Shown here piece after piece: positions 1 to 35,795 of a DNA stretch of 64,000 nucleotides (positions within the stretch are counted from its first letter, which is position 1; each line of letters opens with the position of its first letter). A model generated the notes under the pieces. It worked only from the letters and a program-made list of their open reading frames with translations, was not told the origin of the DNA and searched no databases. Origin of the DNA: Tubulanus polymorphus (lineage: Eukaryota; Animalia; Nemertea); the NCBI RefSeq assembly GCF_964204645.1, contig NC_134032.1, positions 2,042,416 through 2,106,415 of the forward strand. Direction: 5' to 3'. Both the position numbers and the translations under genes were made by a program.

Positions 1-1624
1 TAATTGCGCCGTGACTGCGCGAAATTAGTGCAACCAGTAATAAAATGACAAAGGCAATATTGAATTTTGCTTTACTGACCCAACGTCGAGCAAAAAAGGG
101 AAAATACAAATTGATCACTCGGTCGGCCGATACAGCAGGAATAAACATATTCCTGAATCGTAGGGATGTCCCATAAGCATACACAGATGGTATATAAAAT
201 GCGGGATAGACATTCCCTCCTCCGAGGCGGAATACCATAGTTCCTTTCAGAAAGTAGTATGCCGAAAATCTTACGGTAAAATAGAAAAACGAACATATCA
301 AGTACAGAATATCAGCGACAGCCAAAAGTTGTAGCAAGTGAAATGATACGATAGGAGATTGAAAAGCGCGTAATACAATGATGTTCACGATATTCAAAAC
401 GACTCCAAATACACAAACCGGTCCAACGTAGAAAATGTTCATCATCGAAATAATTTCCCGACTCGGTCTCTCCGGGCAAAACAGACCTCCGTAAGTGGTT
501 GCGTTCATATCTCAGTGAAGACAAATTGCTGAAGGAATTCAATGAATTTCAGCCTTTCAGAACGCGGTACTGTAAGGATGTCTCTATTGTGTTCAAGATC
601 GCATGGTTCTATTCACTGGTCAATTTGCTCAGAATCGATGGACGACTGAATTTGCTCCGTTCCAATTTGTATCTCGTTAGCAACATTCTCCCGATAGAAA
701 TTACGTAAACGTTTTATTAGAAATTCTGTACGAGAGCAAAATGTGAAAATGACTTTTATATATAGATCTAATAATGTAAAATATGATATCATTTCTACAA
801 CCGAGTTTTTATAAAGAGTTCCATCTGGTTCATTTTCAGACCCCAATAAAGATATCGAATATGTAGATGTATTCATTTCTAGCTGTCTGAAATAAGATTT
901 AAATTCAACGCGCTATTTCTGCGTGTGAAAATCAAAATACTATTGAAATCGAAAATTTCACGCAAGTTAGCCTCGAAATACGCCGTCTTCAATCTTAAAC
1001 AATTCTCAGATCTTGATCTTGATATTTTACTGCGTCTATGACTGCGTTGCCGCATATTGGTGACGCAAGGAGTTGCTTAATTCGGGCGAGCTTTAAGGTA
1101 GTGGTATACTTCTTGCTTCAATTTCGCCCTATATGTACAGGCGTTTTAGTCCATGGTCCACTACAGTTCTTGGGGAAAAGGTCTTACCGTACGCGATAAT
1201 TCCGAGATGTACGGTACACTGACAGCTTGTTACTATTTCCGCTGCTTGTGCGTGATGATACAGGAGAGATACAGTCCTCATTGGGGATGGCAATTGTGCC
1301 AGGTGATCTTTTGATCTAGTGAATTCACGGCGCTATGAATAGTTTCCTACCCCCAACAAAATTTATCATTACTATTTCGTATACAAATATCTACTGACAA
1401 AGATATAAGCCGCGATTTGGACCAAATTGCCCCCGATCAGGCCTGAGAAAAATTTGGCCCGTGCCTAATTAGAGAGCGCGCAAACCAATCATGCAAAAAT
1501 ACTGAAAAATGCTTAAAAAAACGAAGTGAAGTGAGTCACTTCCAGAACCAGTTTTTATAATTTGGATAATTCTCTAAACATTCGTATCATTAACATTCGT
1601 ACCTCCCCCTCTCCCCTCTCCCCC

Positions 1625-1628
<4 letters not shown>

Positions 1629-1706
<78 letters not shown>
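1629..1706. repeat. (CT)n microsatellite
   Basis: Pure CT run. Confidence 0.98.
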
Positions 1707-1709
<3 letters not shown>

Positions 1710-2531
1710 CAGTCTTCTTGAACTTGAACTTCCTTCGAATTTTTAACGAGCAAATCCAATCTCATAAAAAAAGGAACGTCTGTAACGTTTTAAAGGAAAC
1801 GTTTGTCTGAATATGCCCAATCGCGCTTGCGCGTGGTGGTTGTCCGAGAATGATCACAACGCATGTTAGAACCTTGTTATTATTGCGTTTTAGTAATACG
1901 TACTTACTGACTTTGGCCTAACAGTCAACAATTCAATCTACGGTATCTAATTCACACATCTACGTTGTTGTTATGACGCATTTATGTACATACTGCCGGT
2001 TTCATACATAGATTAGTGCGGAGCCACTTAGCGACTTGGCTGAAATCTGACGATTATTACCCGGTTTTACAAGTTCAAGTCCAAGCCCATCTATCAACCA
2101 TCTATTCGGTGGTTTGATTCTAAAGGAAATAACACGAAATTCATGGGCAGCTTTCCTCGTAAACTTTGAATGGAAGTAGCAAGTTTCTCAAACTTAGTGT
2201 ACATAGTTTTAAAAAATTTAAGGGTGTTAGGACGACTCCGATGAGAGCGAGGAATCCACTGGTCTTAACTCGTCAAACATTTACAATATTGATATACCTG
2301 TTAAGCAGCGATAACGGGTTTTCTGCCTAGCGGCATTGATCAAATAATCATCAGATAATAAAATACACCCCCAAAACCCATCCTTCAAAGTTATTCTTTG
2401 TCGTGGAAAGGAGGAGAAAATAACTAACGGTACATACAAGGGTATCTTAACGAAAATAGAGGTATTTTTGTAAAATGGCTACTAAAAATTGATCAAATCA
2501 TTTAAGACATGCCATTTTCTATGTATTTCAG

Positions 2532-26606
<24,075 letters not shown>

Positions 26607-27376
26607 CAGACTCTGATGTGACTGGCTCGCTCCGGTAGCAGACTCTCTGATGTGACAACTACTGGCTCGCTCCGGTAGTGGACTCTCTGCTGTGACAACT
26701 ACTGGCTCGCTCCGGTAGCTGACTCTCTGATGTGGCAACTACTGGTGCGCTCCGGGAGCCGGCTCTGATTTGACAACTACTGGCTCGCTCCGGTAGTGGA
26801 CTCTCTGATGTGACAACTACTGGCTCGCTCCGGTAGAGGACTCTCTGATTCGACAACTACTGGCTCGCTCCGGTGCAGTGGACTCTCTGATGTGACAACT
26901 ACTGGCTCGCTCCGGTAGCGGGCTCTGATGTGACAACTACTGGCTCGCTCCGGTAGCGGGCTCTGATGTGACAACTACTGGCTCGCTCCGGTAGCCGGCT
27001 CTGATGTGACAACTACTTGCTCGCTCCGGTAGCGTCTCTGATGTGACAACTACTGGCGCGCTCCGGTAGCGTCTCTGATGTGACAACTACTGGCTCGCTC
27101 CGGTAGAGGACTCTCTGATTTGACAACTACTGGCTCGCTCCGGTAGTGGACTCTCTGATGTGACAACTACTGGCTCGCTCCGGTAGCGGGCTCTGATGTG
27201 ACAACTACTGGCTCGCTCCGGTAGCGGGCTCTGATGTGACAACTACTGGCTCGCTCCGGTAGCCGGCTCTGATGTGACAACTACTGGCTCGCTCCGGTAG
27301 CGTCTCTGATGTGACAACTACTGGCGCGCTCCGGTAGCGTCTCTGATGTGACAACTTCTGGTTCGCTCCGGTAGCA
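26607..27376 (+). repeat. 36-39-bp minisatellite, ~20 copies, directly after the predicted CCP stop codon
   Basis: Unit CTCTGATGTGACAACTACTGGCTCGCTCCGGTAG plus 2-5 variable nt. Confidence 0.95.
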
Positions 27377-27956
27377 CACTCATTTGCATAATATATTCAT
27401 AGGATTAAATGTATATATTCATACGATTTCTGTTTTTTTTCATGAACTTAAATCGCATTTGTTTTAAAATGCTAATTTGATATCATGAAATCTATTCTTT
27501 AAAATGTCATTTAATGTCATTTTCTGAACCTGGTGAACGGGAGGTGGTGATACCATGCTTACGTATTAGTTCGGTTGTTGTTATGTGAGGATTGAATCCA
27601 TACAATAGTTGCCTGACGGTATAGCTGTTGTAAAACTGGGCCGTAGGAACGAATCGTGAGGGGCAGAGACCTACAGTAAAATGAAGAATCGAAGCCATTG
27701 AAGAAATGTTTGAAGCCCCGATTCCCCCACGTGTAGAAAAGTTTGAAAAATCCTTGGTGAAATTGTGTAATTCTAGCAAGCGGTGACCGGAGAGGGATAT
27801 CAGGAATATTGACCATTTATTGACCACGTCCTTGATTAGAAAACATACCTTTCCCATTCTAAAATTCATTGTCAGTTTTAGTCTTATAACTACGGAGATC
27901 TGCACACGTATATGTATAGAAAAAGTTTACGTCTATCATTCTTTTCAACGAATTCT

Positions 27957-28294
27957 CATCCTCCCCCGGCAGGGATTCGAACCTGATGGCATCGAAATTG
28001 CCACGGCACGAAACCCTGCCATAATCGACCGTGTGCGCAATACATGCGCAGTTCAGATGATGTGATTTTTAGCCAATCAGAAATCACGTTTTATTTTAGC
28101 CCGGGTTTTCCCATTTATAGTTCTTCCTTGAAATTTGCCTCAACGATTATACAACGAGCAATCTGATTGGTGCCGCCAGTTTTCGTTCGGAAAGCTGCGC
28201 ATGTACCTGCGCACCCGGTCTACTGATGCAGGGGTTCGTGCCGTGGCTGAGTGTAGCGATGCCATCAGGTTCGAGTCCCTGCAGAGGGAGGATG
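27957..28294. mobile_element. ~340-bp MITE with long tRNA-like inverted arms, copy 1
   Basis: Ends CATCCTCCC...GGGAGGATG; 8-bp TSD CGAATTCT; B-box-like GGTTCGAnTCC in both arms. Confidence 0.85.
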
Positions 28295-28969
28295 CGAATT
28301 CTTCGACTACGTAGAACCACGTCATCATATAAGTCTTCTCTTTCCGTTTCGTGGTAAAAATACAGATTACAGATCAGAGCATATTAATAGAAGCTAAAGT
28401 TTATGTACAAACTGCATAAAATGAAGGTTGAAATCTATCAAAAACCCACACGAACTGTTGAAAAGTTGGAAACTGTAACTTTATATCGCTATGCATGAAT
28501 ACGACCATAACGGATATTTTTACGCTAGGGTATCATATGAGTAAATGAGAAAAGGGGCAGGCCATGTAATTAATTATGCAAAACCGTAGTAATAAATTAT
28601 GTTAATGTGTCAAAAAGTACCCTCCCCGTCCCTACGGCTCTGCCTATTTTACATGCACGTATACAGCAATTCAAACATAATGGTTTAAGGCCCTTTCGTG
28701 AAGCGGGAGCCAAAATATGTAGCAACGTTAGTTTTTATATTCAATTTTTAGAAGTATATTCAAGTTCATAAATAAATTATGTGGCGGAATAAACGTATCT
28801 GCAATGTTTATTTGTTATCCTCAACCTCAAACCTACAACAGCCGTACGCGCAAGTCTTTCGATACACATTTGCATCGAAGATTAGATCGATTTTCCTTTG
28901 CACTGAAAACTCGCAGACCCTTCAGAAACCGGTCGCAAATGGTGGTAATTGTGTACGTGTATGTGAATA

Positions 28970-29242
28970 GTGAATAAATCTGTTAACAATAACGATAGCT
29001 CTTTCTGAACTTCCGCAACTGAACCTATTTTCCAAACCTCTCAACTCAAACCTAATAACGAATGCAGCTGGAACCCTTACAAAGACTAGAATGCTTAAGT
29101 TCGTTGATCGCAAATAGTAATTTATGTATATATGAATAAATCTGTAAAAATACTGATCGTTCTGAACTTCCGCAACTGAACCGATTTCTCAAACCCCTCG
29201 ACTCAAAACTAATTACGAATGCAGCTGGACTCTTACAAAGAG
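28970..29242. repeat. Imperfect ~160-bp tandem duplication upstream of the astacin-like gene
   Basis: TGAATAAATCTGT...TTCTGAACTTCCGCAACTGAACC...ACGAATGCAGCTGGA at about 28971 and 29133. Confidence 0.8.
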
Positions 29243-29316
29243 GAAATAAAAACTCACCGCAACGTGAAAAGAAACTTATGTCGGTTATCGATACGAAAAA
29301 TGTCGATAATTGCTTC

Positions 29317-29323
29317 TATAAAA
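29317..29323 (+). promoter_or_regulatory. Candidate TATA box of the astacin-like gene
   Basis: TATAAAA 67 nt upstream of the ATG at 29384; AATAAA at 34111-34116 follows the stop. Confidence 0.5.
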
Positions 29324-29383
29324 ATATAGTTTATTCCGCGTAAATGGTCAAATCGTCCGCAACTTCTTCTACCGAGCTCAACG

Positions 29384-32300
29384 ATGTCGTCGATTTTAGG
29401 CGCCTTGGTTTTCGTCAGTCTCTGCGCCTCAACCTACCAGGTAAGTTATCCGCGATCAGAATCGCAACTTTTACTAGAATCGTTAATAATCACATCGGAA
29501 ATGTTTCGGAGGAAAATGTGCTGAATACACGAAAGAAAGAATATTTCCACCAAAAGTATTGGAAGTCATACTACCAACGGAATTGCCGGCTAGTCCAGTA
29601 TCTAGCCATTGTTCGTCAGGGTAACCCGTACGTCGTGCGGTATTCAGACTACAATCTTGGCATGAACAGCATCTGACAGTAAAAAAGGCTTTCAGTCTAT
29701 CAGTAAATGGCGGCATCACCAGTAGCGTACTGAAAAACTTTAAATATTACTGGTAATTTATGAAATTATTTAAGTCAAACACGGTGCTGGTCGATTTGAG
29801 GTCCTCGGCAATCGGTTCAATTTCGATTCTCGACTGATATTCTAGTGGGATCCTGATGGTGCGCAAAAACTTTGGAAGGATTCAACGATCGAGTACTTGG
29901 CTACCGATTTCTGTGAGTCACATTATTTATTTAAAAAATTTTTTTACAAAAAAACGCCGGTATTTCTGAGTAGATTTCCTGCATACTGATTCCATAAATT
30001 AAATTCGTAGAATTCATTCAGTTGAAGTTATAGTTTACATGTTTCCGTCATGTTCTTATACCTATGGAAAAGGGAAATCATTTCAAAGCCTTGTATTCTA
30101 ATGGAAATTAGAACGTCGGTAATCGTGATCTCATTTAATCGTTGTAATGCAAAATAAAAGGATCGTCATTTAGTAGCCGATATTAGGTTACACCAAAACC
30201 TGGGACACGGTTAACCGGAATCCGGCGTGCTAAAAATGCCACAGGTAAAAATACCAGTAGGATATATTTTCTACACACACTTAGGCAAACCTGGATGAAA
30301 TTAAAAAGTGAATCCATAATTTATAGAAAAGTCAGGCACATGGAAGAAGTGGATTAACATTGGACGCATGATATTACTATTCGCCCTAGATGGTCATTAG
30401 ATACAAACTTTTTTTTGAATACCGTTGGATTGAAAAAAAATTGATGGAAAGTTTAGATATGATATATACATTTCTAGATCGAAGAAATTTTTGAATGATT
30501 TATTCCCTCTCAAATAGCAAGACAAGACCCCCTTTTCGCATTAGGGTGCCCTTCGTGATTACTTTAGTGCACTTGCGATTACTTTTGTGCCCTCCCTGCC
30601 ATACCCTGGTCCCCCTTGCAGAAATCCTGGCTCCTGGCCAAATATCAAATCAACATCTAAGTGAATAGTTTACGATCGAAGATTGAGACGAGGTAGTTTG
30701 TTGTATGGGGATATAGTGCAAATTTCCTTGAGGCATTTTTACATCTGGTACTTAAACACCCTTGGCATTTTCAATACCGGCGTTATTACCAGTGGCATTT
30801 TACCCCTGGTGCCGTTACAGGATCCTTTCTTAACGTGGCCGAATCAGCCACCATTGATTCGGACCACATCTATAGTATAACACTTCAATATCCACCGATC
30901 TTTTATTTAACATTTTTAACTTAAAACAATATTCTAAGTACAACTGTATGTCGAACTCTCCGTATTGTCATACGCTCAATAGGTTTGGGTTACCCTAGGC
31001 TTTGAAATCACCAGCTAAATTCACAATTTCGTTCAATCACCGAATACGGTTTTTGTTTCTCAATCTTTTCAATAAACCTGTCTACAGCTGCAGAAGAATT
31101 AAAGAATCTGACGGAACGTTTGCGAACTTTCTCCAAATTGATCGGAGCGAATTGTCTTAAATTCATTCCGCAAAATGAGAATCCTGAACTCCGAACGAAC
31201 GGAGGGAAATCCATCGACTTTAGAAGAAGGTTAGTATACTTTAATCTGCTAGTCTGCGTAATACTATCGATGCGCCATCCTCCCTCTGCAGGCACTCGAA
31301 CCTGATGGCATCGCTACACTCAGCCACGGCACGAACCCCTGCATCAGTAGACCGGGTGCGCAGGTACATGCGCAGCTTTCCGAACGAAAACTGGCGGCAC
31401 CAATCAGATTGCTCGTTGTATAATCGTTGAGGCAAATTTCAAGGAAGAACTATAAATGGGAAAATCCGGGCTAAAATAAAACGGGATTTCTGATTGGCTA
31501 AAAATCACATCATCTGAACTGCGCATGTATCTGCGCACACGGTCGATTATGGCAGGGTTTCGTGCCGTGGCAATCTCGATGCCATCAGGTTCGAATCCCT
31601 GCCGGGGGAGGATGTCGATGCGCTTCCACGGTTGTGTGGGCTTACTTTGATAATTCTGGGTCCAGCGGTTTCGCATTCATTTTTACTTAACTTGATTTCG
31701 AGTGCCGTTAAACAGAAGCGTGGGCTTAACTTGATTCTTAAACCAGTTCCAAAGTTGGTAATTGATTTCTATTTTCTTGTAGTGGTGCAGGTTAATCTAG
31801 GTCGTTTAAAAACCAAAATAAATGTTTGGATATCTTTGGCATATTTTCTGTTCTAGCGGAGGCTGTAGGTCATTCTACAGCGGGATGCAGGGCAAGGGTA
31901 CCTATAGGAGAGTTTACCTGGCCGAAACCAACCCGAGATATGGAAAGTGCAATTTATTCACGAACCAGGGCAAATTCAATGTCGCCATGGCAACAAGACT
32001 CGGTTTGATGAGACAGACGAATCGGCCAATCAGAGACGCGTTTCTTAAGATGGCTTTTAAGAAACCATTATGTAAGTCCATTTATATCCCAAGGTGGTGC
32101 CAATAACTCTAAGTCTGTACGATACATATCTAAATAGAACGCTCTTTGGCAGTTGTATATAAAACAATATCACTCCTCACCAGGAAGATATGATTGATAC
32201 ACAATTTCATATACATGGGCCATAAGGGCATTTATCACCTTTTCCTTGGTAAACAGAGTTTATTAGAATACTAGCGCAGTGTGTTTGTTTATTTGTTCGT

Positions 32301-34027
32301 AGGCAAACATAGTTTATTAGAATACTAGCGCAGTGTGTTTGTTTATTTGTTCGTAGATAAACAGAGTTTATTCGAATACTAGCGCAGTGTGTTTATTTGT
32401 TCCTTGGTAAACAGAGTTTATTAGAATACTAGCGCAGTGTGTTTGTTTATTTGTTCGTAGGTAAACATAGTTTATTAGAATACTAGCGCAGTGTGTTTGT
32501 TTATTTGTTCGTAGGTAAACATAGTTTATTAGAATACTAGCGCACTGTGTGTTTGTTTATTTGTTCGTAGGTAAACAGAGTTTATTCGAATACTAGCGCA
32601 GTGTGTTTGTTTATTTGTTCGTAGGTAAACAGAGTTTATTAGAATACTAGCGCAGTGTGTTTGTTTATTTGTTCCTTGGTAAACAGAGTTTATTAGAATA
32701 CTAGCGCAGTGTGTTTGTTTATTTGTTCCTTGGTAAACAGAGTTTATTAGAATACTAGCGCAGTGTGTTTGTTTATTTGTTCCTTGGTAAACAGAGTTTA
32801 TTCGAATACTAGCGCAGTGTGTTTGTTTATTTGTTCCTTGGTAAACAGAGTTTATTAGAATACTAGCGCAGTGTGTTTGTTTATTTGTTCGTAGGTAAAC
32901 AGAGTTTATTAGAATACTAGCACAGTGTGTTTGTTTATTTGTTCCTTGGTAAACAGAGTTTATTAGAATACTAGCGCAGTGTGTTTGTTTATTTGTTCCT
33001 TGGTAAACAGAGTTTATTAGAATACTAGCGCAGTGTGTTTGTTTATTTGTTCCTTGGTAAACAGAGTTTATTAGAATACTAGCGCAGTGTGTTTATTTAT
33101 TTGTTCGTAGGTGAAGGCGATTTGAGAATCAATAAGAAAATGGAAGACGACTCGGCCTTTTTCGAAACGCCTTTCAATATTCTGTCGCACAAACGAGCTG
33201 CTATGAACGAAGCTCGACTTCAACCGAGTGTCATCGAAATCGTGAATAAAAAACTACAGGCTCTAACCGGGAGTGGTAATATCGAAGAGCTGTACAAAAA
33301 GAAGGCGAACGACCTGAGTTACTTCGACGTTTCTAACCTTCGAAGCGCGTACTGTACGCCTAAACCCGACTGGAAAAGTAAGTGTTTTGAAAATATATTG
33401 GCTGCTAGTGTTGCTTGAACACGTATCAACTAACCGTGCGTAAAAGCCATTTGTTTACTCGTGGAACATTGTAAATAGTACACCACACCGTTTCTACGAG
33501 CGATACCTGCTACGATTGGTCTCCGTAAGGGCCGCAACTTATACGTTGAGATAACTTCAATTTGTTCCAAAATATAAACCATATCATCCTCCCACGTCAG
33601 GGATTGGTCTCCGTAAGGGCCGCAACTTATGCGTTGAGATAACTTCAATTTGTTCCAAAATATAAACCATATCATCCTCCCACGTCAGGGATTGGTCTCC
33701 GTAAGGGCCGCAACTTATACGTTGAGATAACTTCAATTTGTTCCAAAATATAAACCATATCATCCTCCCACGTCAGGGATTCGAACCTGATGGCACCGAG
33801 GCTCGCCACACGGAACGAAACCCTGCCACACTCGTCCGTAAGTCGAGTACACAACCCATTCAAAATACTGACCCGCGCAGCTAATAGACCCAAAATCGCC
33901 CAATATTATTTTTTTTGGTCATTTTACAGAAAGACCGGGCGTCGAAGACCACATGGCTTGCGTAGTGAAAAGATGTCATCCTCTGACTTCGCCCAGATTC
34001 GACTATACGCAGTGGGTTGCTTTTTAA
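29384..34027 (+). CDS. Secreted astacin-like (M12A-fold) protein, predicted catalytically inactive, 281 aa, 6 exons
   Basis: Exons 29384-29440, 29846-29912, 31088-31229, 31857-32071, 33111-33377, 33930-34027 join in phase (846 nt). Signal peptide MSSILGALVFVSLCAS; astacin landmarks LWKDSTIEY, NCLKF, GGCRS..G, GKC, G..RQTNRPIRD, PFNILS, LSYFDVSNLRSAYC. Confidence 0.8.
31276..31614. mobile_element. Same MITE, copy 2 (opposite orientation), in intron 3 of the astacin-like gene
   Basis: Near-exact reverse complement of 27957-28294; 9-bp TSD TCGATGCGC. Confidence 0.85.
32249..33110 (+). repeat. 54-bp minisatellite x16 ending at the exon 5 acceptor of the astacin-like gene
   Basis: Unit GTAAACAGAGTTTATTAGAATACTAGCGCAGTGTGTTTGTTTATTTGTTC(GTAG or CTTG). 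Confidence 0.95.
33515..33830. repeat. ~88-bp tandem repeat x3 running into a tRNA-like arm related to the 27957/31276 element
   Basis: ATTGGTCTCCGTAAGGGCCGC...CATCCTCCCACGTCAGGG x3, then ATTCGAACCTGATGGCA. Confidence 0.85.
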
Positions 34028-34337
34028 TACCACGTTGAATGCACCGATACTACTTTGTTACTTCACTGTGGACCCAAGAACACTCGCGTCTCCGTAATTC
34101 TCAAATCAGAAATAAATACGATGGCAATACATGAGTTCCGCATTCGTTTCCTAGCGCAAGCGTCATTTACTACTGTTTCGGTCGTGCAGACAGGATGGAT
34201 AGGTTTTACTGGCTCCATGTGCCTTTGATAGTAGTTTTCTATTTCTACTCGTGATAAACGACCAATCGGGATCAGTGGTGGAGCGTTTTATACGAAAAAC
34301 GATATGATTCGGTCGATCGAGTTTGATATCAGTTAAA

Positions 34338-34558
34338 GGCTAAACAAAAATGATACCTTGTTTCTCCGCAGCGGCCGGGTCATTTTTGTAAAATATGATA
34401 AAATTTATAAACAGTTCGTTTCTATAGCGGCCGGGTCTGTTATGGTGAAATTGATCACGATTTAAAAAAAAGTAATGTATAGGGTAGATAGGCGGCCGGC
34501 CGGGTCAACATTTAAGCTCAGCAGAGCGGAGAAACAAGGTATCAATTTTTTTTTGGCC
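34338..34558. mobile_element. ~220-bp MITE (GGC..ATACCTTGTTTCTCCGC termini), PIF/Harbinger-like
   Basis: Inverted termini; reverse-complement copies at about 10179-10383 and 48208-48731. Confidence 0.8.
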
Positions 34559-35795
34559 TAAGTATATATAATAATACTACTGATATTTGAGACATAGTGC
34601 AACTAATCGACCGACCATAACTGAAACCGAATAAGGAAAGACATTGTGTCCTCTGTGTGACGTGCACTGCGGTTGGCACTCAGCGAGATGAGGGCAATGA
34701 TAGATGATAGTCCCGTGCTTCATGACGACATGCCGTATTAGCCTCACCTCCGCGCAAAACAAACAGCAATTTCATAAACTCAACAAACGATAAATTTTCG
34801 CCGGAAAATTCGAATTAATAGAGCATATGCGAACATGAATATTTCTCATTTTTATGATGAAGATTTCTAATTGATTTCACAGAATAACAGCATAAAACAA
34901 ACATTCATTTTCGTCGATATAGTTATCGGTTAAAGATCGGAATTTCGATGAAATAATTCTCTTTAAAATTCAGAAGCCTTCTAAAAACTATGTACGAAAA
35001 TGTAATGAATTTTGCGTGTATTTTTCATTATTTCAATCTATGTACACGTGACATCGGGAGAGGCGGGCAATGTTATAGCCCCTACTCCGAGAATGACTTC
35101 AAAAAATTGTTGGGATCCTTTGATCGCCCAAAAAGCAAGTCATTGTGAGAGTGAAAACCTTGAGAGTGAATTCATCTATAGAATGTGAGACATATTTGCA
35201 AAATTTGCGTCTCACAAATCGAATCGTTCGGCAGCCGTTGAATAGATTTGCATCCCGCGGTATTGATGCCATTTACGGCATGATGACATGAATCCCTCAC
35301 GCTATTTGCAATGAACCATTTTATACAGTTGCTAGCCGCCATTTTGTTAGGGTACTGTTGTCCTGCTTTTTTTTATATTTTTCAATTTTTTTTGCGATGT
35401 ATCATTCATCATAATTCATAATGTTCACGAATGGATTTGGACATTTAAACCGCGTACTGAATCTCTAGTTTTCAGTTAACCGGCAGTCAAACGTTCGATC
35501 TTTCATTCCTAAAGAACAAATGATCTCCATCTCGGATCTCCGTCGTTGCGAATTCTTACGAAAGATACATCCATAAACGATGAATTAATTGAAGATGGAC
35601 GCGCGCTGGGGTAGGTTTGACGTGATCCTTCTCGGTGTAGGCTGCGGTCATCCGACACAATGGCCAAATAAGTCACTTTGATGGAATGCGTGTCGGCGTA
35701 CTATATACACTTGCGTCTCGGTTTTTTGTTTCACAAATCCCAATCGAGGCGTCCTTTTATGATGCCAGACATTGATGAATATCGAATAAAGAATA

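Noticed and set aside
499-708. ORF with LINE-RT-like WLRSYLS, or an upstream CCP exon ending at the GTAAGT at 491
   Set aside because: No further RT motifs; no open, phase-compatible exon with an acceptor. A possible exon at 2355-2429 has compatible phase but no recognisable CCP similarity.
1562-1810. ORFs with SL/ER repeats; likewise 11183-11579, 26480-26974, 44280-44711, 58293-58484
   Set aside because: Translations of micro- or minisatellites.
26607-27376. CRISPR-like or hammerhead-like reading of the 36-39-bp array (contains CTGATG)
   Set aside because: No unique spacers, eukaryotic context, and CTGATGT lacks the CUGANGA A and has no downstream GAAA.
29344-29676. 110-aa ORF from the ORF track
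   Set aside because: Overlaps the signal-peptide exon in another frame and reads through its GTAAGT donor.
32249-33110. CRISPR array
   Set aside because: Head-to-tail units without spacers; no cas genes.
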